Positions 1-8,462 of a stretch of 64,000 bases of DNA are shown piece after piece. Origin of the DNA: an uncultured Clostridia bacterium (GTDB lineage Bacteria > Bacillota > Limnochordia > Darwinibacteriales > DTU012); contig FIZJ01000007.1 in the NCBI GenBank assembly GCA_900019385.1, forward strand, positions 2,796 through 66,795, in the 5' to 3' direction. The number at the start of each line of letters is the position of its first letter. Positions within the stretch are counted from its first letter, which is position 1. The notes beneath the pieces were generated by a model. That model ran no database searches, had not been told where the DNA came from, and saw only the letters and a program-made list of their open reading frames with translations. The translations under genes were made by a program, and so were the position numbers.

Positions 1-2
1 TG

Positions 3-314
3 CGGCTGCTCCTTTGGCACCTCAACCAGATTCGCCTGGACTATTTCACCATCAATCTCCTTGGCGCCGCGGCAGCTGCTGTTTGCGGCTGGTTGTTCGG
101 CTTCGCAGGCACCCTTGTGAATTGGTGGATCATTGCTTTCGCCGCGATTATGCAGATGGTTCCAGGCCTGATTTTCACCAATGCGATCCGAGATTCAGCG
201 GCTGGAGATCTGGTTTCGGGCAGCAGCCGCGGTGTGGAAGCTTTCAGCATTGTCACGGCCTTGGCCTGCGGTGCCGGCGCGGTCCTGATCCTGCTCGGGA
301 GACTGGGGGGCTGA
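3..314 (+). CDS. Threonine/serine exporter (ThrE/YjjP-like) family membrane protein, 3'-terminal part. The gene starts upstream of the window.
   Basis: Frame 3 is open from the window edge with no stop and encodes hydrophobic membrane-protein sequence (…GWLFGFAGTLVNWWIIAFAAIMQMVPGLIFTNAIRDSAAGDL…). It resembles the DUF1212 half of two-part ThrE-type exporters. It is immediately followed by the DUF3815-type partner. Confidence 0.5.
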   Translation, partial: RLLLWHLNQIRLDYFTINLLGAAAAAVCGWLFGFAGTLVNWWIIAFAAIMQMVPGLIFTNAIRDSAAGDLVSGSSRGVEAFSIVTALACGAGAVLILLGRLGG

Positions 315-318
315 GTTT

Positions 319-750
319 ATGATTGCGAAGACAATATTCGCCGTGATTGCCACAGCTTCGTTCGGGATCCTCTTCAACATCCGAGGATTGAACCTGATAC
401 TGGCAGGAATCAACGGCGGGCTGGGCTACCTGATCGTCAGCGTCAGCACTGCCGGAGGTGCTGAAACGTACATCGGCATGTTTCTGGCAAGTATAGCGAT
501 GACCGCCTTGGCCGAAATTCTGGCCCGGTACCGCAAAGCGCCGGCCACTGTTTTTCTGGCAGCCGCTTTGATTCCCATTGTTCCAGGCGGGCGCCTGTTC
601 AACTTCGTACTGCACTTGCTGGAGGGAGATTACCAAACGGCAGCAGCCGACGGAATTACCACACTGCTTGAAGCCGGTGCGATCGCTGTTGGCATAATCG
701 CTGTTTCTTCGTTTACGAAGGTGTTTTTAGCAAGGATCCGGAAAAAATAG
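319..750 (+). CDS. Threonine/serine exporter family protein (YjjB/DUF3815-like small membrane subunit)
   Basis: 143-aa ORF with four predicted TM helices (MIAKTIFAVIATASFGILFNIRGLN…). It starts 5 nt after the previous gene, as in the YjjP-YjjB two-part arrangement. Confidence 0.5.
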   Translation: MIAKTIFAVIATASFGILFNIRGLNLILAGINGGLGYLIVSVSTAGGAETYIGMFLASIAMTALAEILARYRKAPATVFLAAALIPIVPGGRLFNFVLHLLEGDYQTAAADGITTLLEAGAIAVGIIAVSSFTKVFLARIRKK

Positions 751-867
751 GCCCTGGACAACATGGAATGTAAAAATTTTCACATTGCAAGGAATCAGGC
801 TGCGAAACAGGAAATATCTATATGGGAGTAGTAATCCCATGCCTGTAATCGAAAGGGAGGCTGTTAA

Positions 868-1689
868 ATGAACGTTATTGTCCGAGACACCTATGACGAA
901 ATGAGCAAAGCTGCAGCGGAGATTATCGCAGGGGTTGTGAAGGCCAAGCCAAACTGCGTAATCGGTTTGGCTACTGGAAGCACACCGATCGGGACATACA
1001 AAGAGCTGATCCGGATGCACAAAGAAGAAGGATTGGACTTTTCCCAAGTGCGGACCTTCAACTTGGATGAGTATCTCGGCTTGGGAATGGATCTCGGCAA
1101 ACCCTACCACCTTGATCAGAGCTATGCCCGCTTCATGTACGAGGAATTGTTCAAACACATCAACATCCCCAGAGAAAACTGGCTGGTGCCAGACGGATTG
1201 ACCGAGGACCCGGAAGCCTACTGCAAGTGGTATGAGGAGCAGATCGCCGCTGCCGGCGGCATCGACATTCAAGTCCTGGGCATCGGCGGCGATGGGCATT
1301 GGGGGTTCAACGAGCCGGGGTCGTCATTGGCAAGCAGGACTAGAGTGGTTGCTTTGACGCAGAAGACTCTCGACGACAATTACGAGTCATTTTATAAAAA
1401 AGCAGGATTCACGCGGGATCAGATGCCGAAATTTGCCATCACCATGGGCATCGGCACAATCCTGGAAGCCCGCAGCGCCATCATGCTGGCCAACGGCGCA
1501 CACAAAGCCGAGATCGTGGCCAAAGCCATCGAAGGGCCGATAACCGCCCAAATCACCGCCACTGCCATGCATCTGTTCAAGGGCAGCATGACTGTGATTC
1601 TGGATCGTGCGGCTGCGTCAAAACTGCAGCATCTTGATCATTACCTGCATACGGAAAGGGCATGGCAAGAAATGAGGAGCAAAGGCTAG
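868..1689 (+). CDS. nagB: Glucosamine-6-phosphate deaminase
   Basis: 273-aa ORF. Strong NagB hallmarks: GLATGSTP, NLDEY, LGIGGDGHWGFNEPGSS and a C-terminal HLH…VILDRAAAS stretch. AGGGAGG ribosome-binding site upstream. Confidence 0.88.
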   Translation: MNVIVRDTYDEMSKAAAEIIAGVVKAKPNCVIGLATGSTPIGTYKELIRMHKEEGLDFSQVRTFNLDEYLGLGMDLGKPYHLDQSYARFMYEELFKHINIPRENWLVPDGLTEDPEAYCKWYEEQIAAAGGIDIQVLGIGGDGHWGFNEPGSSLASRTRVVALTQKTLDDNYESFYKKAGFTRDQMPKFAITMGIGTILEARSAIMLANGAHKAEIVAKAIEGPITAQITATAMHLFKGSMTVILDRAAASKLQHLDHYLHTERAWQEMRSKG

Positions 1690-1719
1690 ATTCAGGCCTA
1701 AAGCCGCTTAACACGAGTG

Positions 1720-1756
1720 ACGGGGACAGTGGACGATCACTGTCCCGTTTTATTTG
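1720..1756 (+). terminator. Rho-independent terminator after nagB
   Basis: GGGACAGTG-gacgat-CACTGTCCC stem followed by GTTTTATTT. Confidence 0.65.
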
Positions 1757-2191
1757 GGCACTTGCGACAGGAGTCCGGCCTGGAAAGGTAGAACACACTA
1801 TCCAGCGCTCTTCACGGTGGAAGACGCGGCGTTTGGATTTATTGTCATGAAAAACGGTGCCACCATCTTTCTGGAATCCAGCTGGGCTTTGAATGCTTTG
1901 GAAGTTGGCGAAGCCCAGGCCACCTTGTGCGGCACTTTGGGCGGCACCGACATGCGCAGCGGCTTGATGATCAACGGCCAAAGACACGGCAGGCACTTCA
2001 TTGAGACTCCGGCGCTGGAGCAGGGTGGCGAATCCCCGAATCCCGGCGTTCTTGAAGTACAGGCGTTTTATGATGCGATCCTTAAAGGAAGGCCTTTGGT
2101 GGTCAAGCCTGAAGAAGCGCTGGTGGTGACTGAAATTTTTGAGGCAGTTTACGAATCGGGAAAAACCGGCCAGCCGGTGTTCTTTGATTAG
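1754..2191 (+). pseudogene. 5'-truncated remnant of a Gfo/Idh/MocA-family oxidoreductase (C-terminal domain only)
   Basis: The ORF encodes only the C-terminal alpha/beta domain (…FIVMKNGATIFLESSWALN…VVKPEEALVVTEIFEAVYESGKTGQPVFFD). No N-terminal Rossmann domain is found in any frame between the nagB terminator and this ORF. A full-length paralog lies at 51679-52755. Confidence 0.5.
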
Positions 2192-2197
2192 AAAGGA

Positions 2198-5100
2198 GTG
2201 GAGGCGGTGAACCTTAAAGAGTTCAAATCTCCGCCAAAGGAATACAGGGCTTCGCCTTTCTGGGCTTGGAATGACCAACTGGACCCGGACGAGCTGCGCC
2301 GGCAGGTGCGGGAACTGAAGCAGCAGTGTTTTGGCGGCTTTTTCATGCATGCCCGGGTAGGCCTAAAGACTGGTTATCTTTCGGAAGCATGGTTTTCATG
2401 TGTGGCGGCAGCCGTCGAAGAAGCCCAGCGGCAGGGTATGGAAGCCTGGCTGTATGATGAGGACCGCTGGCCGAGCGGCTGCGCGGGAGGGCTCGTCACT
2501 GCCGCCAATGATACGTTCAAAGCACGATGGCTGGTTATGCGCCCGGCCGCTTTGGCGGAGATCGGGACACTGCTCTCGGATCCAGATGTTGTGGCCCTGT
2601 TCCGCCTTGTTTTGGATGACGAGGGCCGCCTGATCGATACCGAACGGATTCAGAGCCCCAGCCAGCTGGATGGGCAATACGCGGCTGATCCTCGGGTATC
2701 TTACTGGCAGTTCCGGATGGAGTTTCAAAACCCCACCACCAACTCCAACGGCCATGGATATATCGATGTCCTGAACCCCGAGGCTGTGGCGGAGTTCATC
2801 CGGGTTACCCATGAACAGTATTACCAGCATGTAGGCGGGCACTTTGGCTCAACCATCCCCGGGGTGTTCGCCGATGAGCCCACCTACCGCAGCAAAGCAG
2901 AGGATTCGATCCCTTGGTCGCCGCTGCTTCCTGGTTATTTCCGCAGCGAACACGGCTGCGATCTCATCGATCATCTTCCGCTGCTGTTCTTTGAAGGCGG
3001 CTGCAGCGCCAAAATCCGCTACAGCTTCTACCGCACATTGACCAAAGCCTTTGTGTCCTGTTTTACCAAGCAGATTTACGATTGGTGCGAAGGACGAGGC
3101 TTGCAGTTCACCGGCCATTACTTAAGCGAGGACACACTGGTCAAACAGACCAATGCCATCGGCGCCGCCATGCCTCATTATCGGTACATGCATGCACCGG
3201 GGATCGATCACTTGGGGAACAACATCGCCGACAGCCTGACGCTCAAGCAGTGCGCGTCCGTCGGGAATCAATTCGGCCGCAAGCGCCTGCTCTGCGAAAT
3301 TTTCGGCGTGAGCGGGCATGCCATGACCTTTGAGGATCAGAAATGGATCGCCAATTTCCATTTCGCCCTGGGAATCACCTTCTTGTCGCAGCACTTGGTG
3401 CTCTATTCCATGACCGGCGACCGGAAAAGGGATTATCCGCCCACGTTCAGCTACCATCAGCCTTATTGGCCTTATTATCATAAAATCAATGACTATCTGG
3501 CCAGGGCCGGTTATTTCTGCTCGCAAGGCGATTACATCTGCGACACTCTGGTCCTGCATCCCATAGGCTCGGTCTGGGCCACGTTCGCGAGGCAGAAGGG
3601 GAAGCCCCTTTCCAGTAAGTACGACGCCGGATTGTTCAGGCTGCAGGATAGTTTGTTCAAAAGCCACATTCCCTTTGATTACGGCGATGAACTGATCATG
3701 GAAGACTGTGCCCGAGTGATCGAGGAGGAAGGGCACACCTTCCTGCAGGTTGGAAACGGCAAGTACAGCACAGTGATCGTGCCCCCGTCCTTGACTTGGA
3801 GCCGCAGCACGTACGGCCTGCTCAAAGCGTTCGCCAGCAAGGGAGGGCGGCTGCTCTTCGTCGGCGAAAGGCCGAGCTTGATCGATGGCGAACCAGGAGC
3901 CGGCGAGTGGGAAGAGCTCTGGCAGGAGCAAAGTGTGGCACTGGTTGCAGAAAACGATCCTCAGTCAACCGCAGTACTTAAGCAGTTCTGCCGGCGCCCT
4001 GTCGTGATCAGCGGAAGCGAGGACGGCCACATCTTGTTTCAAGCCCGCCGAGGCGAGGGCTGCTTATATCTGTTCATAACCAATACCAGCAGGGAGGCCG
4101 CTCACACCCTCACGTTGACAGTGCCGATCAAAGGCCGTGTCTACCGGTGCTGTTTTGAAACTGGAGAGATTGCCGAAGTGCAGCCGCGGGAAAAAAGAGA
4201 TCACCTGGAGTTGGAGCTGGTTTTGGCCCCCGCCGGCGCCCACGGGTATATTGTTGCCGAAGCAGAGTTGGAGATGGGCTGCAGCGGTTGGAAACATAGC
4301 GCCGCTGAACTGCGGATTCCTGCCGCAGGAGTGGAAGTGGTACCCTTGAGCAGCCAGTGGCAGTTTGAGCGTGTTCATAAAAACTCAATAACGCTGGATT
4401 ACTGCCGGTATATGATCGAATCCTCCGCTTGCGGTGAATCGGGCCAAGCTGGCTGGAGCGGCAGAATGCCAATCTGGCAGGCACGGCGCCGGCTGTGGCA
4501 CGCTGCGGGGCTCGACTGCTGCCAAGGCATCCAGCCTTGGGCGGTGCTGCCCCATAAAGAACAATTTCAAACACTGCCGGTACGTCTGCAGTTTGAGTTC
4601 TATGCGGACTATCTCCCTGGTGATCTGGGCGTCGTGATCGAAAACAGCCGCCATTGGCAGCTCAAGGTTAACGGTGTTGAGATCAGCACACAAACAGATA
4701 AGTTCCACTGGGACAAGCAGTTTGGGTTGGTGGACATCGCCAAGGCTGCGCGTCGGGGCAGGAACCTGATTGAACTTGCGGGCGGCTTCACATACGGCGT
4801 CGAGATTGAAGAGATTTATCTTGTGGGAGATTTTGCTCTCCGGCAGTGCGGCTATCAGGAATACCGATTGGTGCAGGAGCCCCGGCTTCTTACCGACGGC
4901 AGCTGGGTCTACCAGGGATATCCGTTCTATGCAGGAAACATGGTCTACGCCCAAGAGTTTGATCTGCGGGAAGCGGGCGGCAGCCGCGTCTGGATCAGGC
5001 TCAACCAGCCCAAGGGCACACTGTTCAGGGTGAAGGTGAACAATGGGGAATGGAAGTGCCTCATCTCCCAGCCGTGGGAAGTGGAGATCACCGGTGACTG

Positions 5101-5296
5101 TGTTCCAGGGAAGAACTTGCTGCAAATTGAGGTGGTGGGCTCGCTGCGGAACACATTCGGGCCGCTTCATCACCGCCTGCGGTCGCCGGCTTGGTGCGGG
5201 CCGAAGCAGTTTGAGGATGAATCGAGCTGGGTTGGAAACTATCAGTTTGAAGACTATGGGTTGATCGGCGGCGCTGAGTTGGTGGCGGCAAGATAA
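2198..5296 (+). CDS. Large cytoplasmic glycoside-hydrolase-like protein, CAZy family not assigned
   Basis: 1032-aa ORF with a GTG start; an alternative GTG lies at 2207. No signal peptide. N-terminal FWAWNDQLD motif and a C-terminal beta-sandwich resembling GH2/F5-8-type sugar-binding domains. Gene context is all CAZymes. Confidence 0.45.
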   Translation: MEAVNLKEFKSPPKEYRASPFWAWNDQLDPDELRRQVRELKQQCFGGFFMHARVGLKTGYLSEAWFSCVAAAVEEAQRQGMEAWLYDEDRWPSGCAGGLVTAANDTFKARWLVMRPAALAEIGTLLSDPDVVALFRLVLDDEGRLIDTERIQSPSQLDGQYAADPRVSYWQFRMEFQNPTTNSNGHGYIDVLNPEAVAEFIRVTHEQYYQHVGGHFGSTIPGVFADEPTYRSKAEDSIPWSPLLPGYFRSEHGCDLIDHLPLLFFEGGCSAKIRYSFYRTLTKAFVSCFTKQIYDWCEGRGLQFTGHYLSEDTLVKQTNAIGAAMPHYRYMHAPGIDHLGNNIADSLTLKQCASVGNQFGRKRLLCEIFGVSGHAMTFEDQKWIANFHFALGITFLSQHLVLYSMTGDRKRDYPPTFSYHQPYWPYYHKINDYLARAGYFCSQGDYICDTLVLHPIGSVWATFARQKGKPLSSKYDAGLFRLQDSLFKSHIPFDYGDELIMEDCARVIEEEGHTFLQVGNGKYSTVIVPPSLTWSRSTYGLLKAFASKGGRLLFVGERPSLIDGEPGAGEWEELWQEQSVALVAENDPQSTAVLKQFCRRPVVISGSEDGHILFQARRGEGCLYLFITNTSREAAHTLTLTVPIKGRVYRCCFETGEIAEVQPREKRDHLELELVLAPAGAHGYIVAEAELEMGCSGWKHSAAELRIPAAGVEVVPLSSQWQFERVHKNSITLDYCRYMIESSACGESGQAGWSGRMPIWQARRRLWHAAGLDCCQGIQPWAVLPHKEQFQTLPVRLQFEFYADYLPGDLGVVIENSRHWQLKVNGVEISTQTDKFHWDKQFGLVDIAKAARRGRNLIELAGGFTYGVEIEEIYLVGDFALRQCGYQEYRLVQEPRLLTDGSWVYQGYPFYAGNMVYAQEFDLREAGGSRVWIRLNQPKGTLFRVKVNNGEWKCLISQPWEVEITGDCVPGKNLLQIEVVGSLRNTFGPLHHRLRSPAWCGPKQFEDESSWVGNYQFEDYGLIGGAELVAAR

Positions 5297-5309
5297 CGAA
5301 AGGGTGCTG

Positions 5310-6230
5310 CTAGTAATTTCTGACAATAAGTTCCGAAATCAAGCCTCTTCCACGTCCATTGCAGTTTATGCTTCGCTTTGCGCGGACACGGTCAATAGTG
5401 AAACCTTGATAAAGACTGTCAAGAAAACTATCGTCAGCGTTTACCGCCTTTGGATCAGAATTGCTGAGCAGAAGCAGCGCTCCTATCTCGTCCAATTCTC
5501 GGAAATAGTGGGCTAGGCGAATCTGATCATCGTCTGTGAAATCATCCTTATTGTAGGTAGTGAAGCTGGCGGTTTTTGTCAGCGGACGGTAAGGCGGATC
5601 GAAATACCCTAAAGTTCCGGGGCCGATATAGGGCCTGGAACAGGTAAAATCGCCGCAGACCAGCTTGACGCCTGCCAATGCTCTGCTCACTGCTCTTATG
5701 TTGTCGGCATCACAGATTTTCGGCTTTTTATACCTGCCGTGGGGGACGTTGAACTCACCCTTGTGATTTTGACGAAACAAGCCGTTATAACAAGTCTTGT
5801 TTAGGAAAATCATATAGCTGGCCCGCACAATCCAGTCTTCGTTAAAAGACTGATAGTCAAATTGGTTCATCTGCTGGTTATATTGTTCCCGTATACCATA
5901 ATAAAACACTCGGCGCGCCTGGGAGCCCAATGCCAGATAGTCTCTTTCAAGCTTGCTCAAACACGCAATCAAAGCATCCGGTTCTTGCTGGACAACCTTA
6001 TAACCAAGTATCAATTCTCTGTTGATGTCAACCAAACAGGCATTTTCAATGACAAACATGCTCTTCAAATGAAAGAAAAAAGCTCCACCACCGATAAAGG
6101 GCTCCACATAGGTTTTGATTACGCCTGATTCTTTGATTTCACGCGGTAGACGGGCAGTCAACTCACGCAGCAGTTGGGTTTTACCTCCTGCCCACTTAAG
6201 AAAGGGTTTTGCCTGCACCGGTTTGTTCAC
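5310..6230 (-). CDS. dam: Dam-type (D12 class, alpha group) DNA N6-adenine methyltransferase, orphan
   Basis: 306-aa ORF with FLKWAGGK (AdoMet-binding motif I) and DPPY (motif IV) in alpha-group order. The gene is about 40% GC against about 60% flanking. Strong GGAGGAAGGGGGG ribosome-binding site. No restriction endonuclease nearby. Confidence 0.85.
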   Translation of the reverse strand: MNKPVQAKPFLKWAGGKTQLLRELTARLPREIKESGVIKTYVEPFIGGGAFFFHLKSMFVIENACLVDINRELILGYKVVQQEPDALIACLSKLERDYLALGSQARRVFYYGIREQYNQQMNQFDYQSFNEDWIVRASYMIFLNKTCYNGLFRQNHKGEFNVPHGRYKKPKICDADNIRAVSRALAGVKLVCGDFTCSRPYIGPGTLGYFDPPYRPLTKTASFTTYNKDDFTDDDQIRLAHYFRELDEIGALLLLSNSDPKAVNADDSFLDSLYQGFTIDRVRAKRSINCNGRGRGLISELIVRNY

Positions 6231-6371
6231 ATTGACCGCCCCCCTTCCTCCACAGTCATAAACAATGCCTCACTAATACCGGGGTGACACCAGTCTTGAA
6301 ATACAATTCAATGATATAATAGTCAATACCTGCCGTTGATAAGGAAATGGGGGACGACACTAATCAACGCC

Positions 6372-6416
6372 CGACATAAATAAAACCGCCCTGCGGCCTT
6401 GCGTCGAGGGCGGTTC
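6372..6416 (-). terminator. Rho-independent terminator of the AraC-corrinoid operon (minus strand)
   Basis: AACCGCCCT…AGGGCGGTT stem followed on the minus strand by TTTTATTTAT. Confidence 0.6.
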
Positions 6417-6426
6417 ATCAATTGTT

Positions 6427-7068
6427 TCACGCCATACTGGCACAGGCTTGAACAGCCACTTCCGCGGCGGACGCGGCATCAGGCGCGTAAAGGTCAGCGC
6501 CGATGCTGGCGCGGAATTGGTCGGTGACCGGCGCGCCGCCGATCATGATCTTGACCTTGTCTCTGATTCCCGCTGTTTTGGCGGCCTCCACGATCAGCTT
6601 CATTTCGTTCATGGTGGTTGTCAACAGCGCCGAACAGGCAATAATCTGCGCCTGCTCCTGAACAGCTGTCTCGATAAACTTCTCAACCGGCACATCAATA
6701 CCGAGGTCGATCACTTCGAGGCCTTTGCCTTCCATCATCATCCGCACCAGATTCTTGCCGATGTCATGGAGATCGCCCTTCACGGTGCCCAAGACCACTT
6801 TGCCTTTTGCCTTGACATCGTCCGAGACCAGCAGAGGCTTCAAAAGGGCGGTCCCGGCGTTCATGGCTCTAGCGGCAATCAGGACTTCCGGGACAAAAAT
6901 CTCGTTGTTTTTAAACTTGACACCGACAACGTCCATGCCGGCCATCAGGCCTTTTTCCAGAATCTCCTGGGCTGAAAACCCTTCGTCGATTGCCTGCTGC
7001 ACCAGTTCTTTGACAGCGCTGGCGTTTCCCTGCTGCAGTTTTAGGGAAATCTCATTCAGGATGCTCAT
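6427..7068 (-). CDS. Corrinoid (cobalamin-binding) protein, MtaC/MtbC-like: helical cap plus B12-binding Rossmann domain
   Basis: 213-aa ORF with the DxHxxG cobalamin-ligand motif (GDLHDIGKN) and the downstream glycine-rich MIGGAPV motif. GGAGGG ribosome-binding site. Co-oriented with, and 24 bp downstream of, the AraC gene. Confidence 0.8.
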   Translation of the reverse strand: MSILNEISLKLQQGNASAVKELVQQAIDEGFSAQEILEKGLMAGMDVVGVKFKNNEIFVPEVLIAARAMNAGTALLKPLLVSDDVKAKGKVVLGTVKGDLHDIGKNLVRMMMEGKGLEVIDLGIDVPVEKFIETAVQEQAQIIACSALLTTTMNEMKLIVEAAKTAGIRDKVKIMIGGAPVTDQFRASIGADLYAPDAASAAEVAVQACASMA

Positions 7069-7092
7069 CGTATACCCTCCAATACCAGTGTT

Positions 7093-8322
7093 TTATTTAA
7101 TCTGACCGCGTGTTTCCCTGAACTTGCCTGGAGTGGTTCCGGTCATTTTTTTGAACACCCGTGTGAAATAACTTTGGTCCTCAAACCCTACCAGGCTTGA
7201 TACGTCCGCCAGAGGGATAGCTTCGTTCACCAGCAGGTTTTTGCTCTTCTCGATCCGCACAGTGTTGAGATATGTGGTGAAATTGTAACCTGTTTCTTCC
7301 TTGAACAGCCTGCTGAAATAAGCCGGGCTTAAATGGACGTAGCTGGCTGCATCCTCGAGGGTTAGCCTTTCCATGTAGTTGTTGTTGGTGAATTCAATCG
7401 CCTTATATATTATATCCTTGTTTTTGACATTCTTAAAGTTAAACACACAGTCGGTGAAGCGGGTCAGGATTCTGGAGAGCCAGACGCTCAGCTCCTCAAT
7501 GTTGTGCAGGCGAGACACTTGGTTGAGGTATTGGTTGTTCAGACCGAAGATCTCTTCCTGTTCCGCCCCGCCTTCCATTGCCGCCCGGGAAAGAAGGACC
7601 ACAAGTTCCAACGACCGGTATTTTATATCCTCGAAGTCGTTTTGGCCGGTAAAAAACACGTAGCCCAGGATCTCGTTGAGCACTCGCAGGGATCCGGCTT
7701 TGTCGCCCACGGCCACATGTGAGATCAGCTCATTTTCCTTGTCGATTGGGTAATTCTTGTGTCTCGCCCCACCAAGGTAGGTTTGGGGATCGGAAGCGGG
7801 TATGGGGCTGTCCATAGGATCCGGCAAATGCCGTTTGTCATCTGCGGCTGCGTATCCGGCGAGCAGGTACAACAGTTCAGACAAGCTCGTAACCACATCA
7901 GGCTTGATTACCGGTATCTGATCCATGTGCGCTCTAAGCCGCCGCCGCGCTTTTTGATCCGGGATCTGCTGCTCGATGATTTCATCCAGCAGAAAGGCTT
8001 CCGGTTCTATCATCATCACCGGGCCGCCGACAAAAGCGCCCTTGAACTCCTCGCCGCGGTTGATGGGCGCCACCCAGTGAGTAAGCCCCATCGGGCAGAA
8101 GTAGATGTACCTGCCCCCAAACCGCTCCGCCTGATAACTGCCGTACAAATGGACGTTCGCACAATCGCACAAGTGGGCGAAACCATCCTGGACAGCTTCG
8201 CAGAACGGGCTGCAGCTTTTGAGGGCATGGTAGACAACGGACCCGGCGCCGTCGATAATGAAGCTGGAAACTCCCGTCGCCTTGCTGTAATGATCGATCC
8301 ACTGCCTGATCTCTTGAATCAT
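7093..8322 (-). CDS. AraC-family transcriptional regulator with an N-terminal PocR-type ligand-sensing domain
   Basis: 409-aa ORF. The C-terminal AraC helix-turn-helix pair is recognisable (…LEDAASYVHLSPAYFSRLFKEETG…IPLADVSSLVGFEDQSYFTRVFKKMTGTTP). The N-terminal ~200 aa resemble the PocR sensory domain. Confidence 0.75.
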   Translation of the reverse strand: MIQEIRQWIDHYSKATGVSSFIIDGAGSVVYHALKSCSPFCEAVQDGFAHLCDCANVHLYGSYQAERFGGRYIYFCPMGLTHWVAPINRGEEFKGAFVGGPVMMIEPEAFLLDEIIEQQIPDQKARRRLRAHMDQIPVIKPDVVTSLSELLYLLAGYAAADDKRHLPDPMDSPIPASDPQTYLGGARHKNYPIDKENELISHVAVGDKAGSLRVLNEILGYVFFTGQNDFEDIKYRSLELVVLLSRAAMEGGAEQEEIFGLNNQYLNQVSRLHNIEELSVWLSRILTRFTDCVFNFKNVKNKDIIYKAIEFTNNNYMERLTLEDAASYVHLSPAYFSRLFKEETGYNFTTYLNTVRIEKSKNLLVNEAIPLADVSSLVGFEDQSYFTRVFKKMTGTTPGKFRETRGQIK

Positions 8323-8462
8323 GTGCCCGCCCTTCCTTACCTTTCGGTTATATTCTAAACGATCCTGGAACCGGGATCAATGCGGCCGTGGAAAAAGTGC
8401 AGGGGAAAGGCGCCTTCGAGTAGAATAGACAAACAGGAACAAACCATGAGAGGGGAGACGCT

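Noticed and set aside
14-322. 102-aa ORF (14-322 +) at the window start.
   Set aside because: Frame 3 is open from the window edge and encodes coherent membrane-protein sequence continuing the ThrE-family gene. The 14-322 frame is Arg-, Pro- and Cys-rich nonsense typical of an off-frame translation.
4385-5326. 313-aa ORF on the minus strand antisense to the 1032-aa glycoside-hydrolase gene. The same applies to 13822-14745 (−), 37250-38710 (−), 39949-40950 (−), 50514-51323 (−) and 48368-49237 (−).
   Set aside because: These are typical long antisense open frames in high-GC coding DNA. Each is fully overlapped by a + strand gene with clear family motifs, a ribosome-binding site and operon context. 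They have no ribosome-binding site and no recognisable domains.
5297-6426. Mobile element (IS or prophage) carrying the dam gene.
   Set aside because: No transposase, integrase, inverted terminal repeats or target-site duplication is visible. Only the compositional anomaly supports horizontal origin, so it is called an orphan methyltransferase island, not a mobile element.
6448-6975. 175-aa + strand ORF and 6725-7105 + ORF overlapping the corrinoid-protein gene.
   Set aside because: The minus-strand frame carries the diagnostic DxHxxG cobalamin-binding motif and a ribosome-binding site. The + frames are low-complexity, Arg- and His-rich artefacts.
8323-8462. Possible cobalamin riboswitch or attenuator in the divergent region between the AraC-corrinoid operon and the PL10 gene.
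   Set aside because: The region is only about 140 nt. On either strand I find no B12-box (GCCACTG) and no conserved riboswitch stems. More likely these are just divergent promoters.
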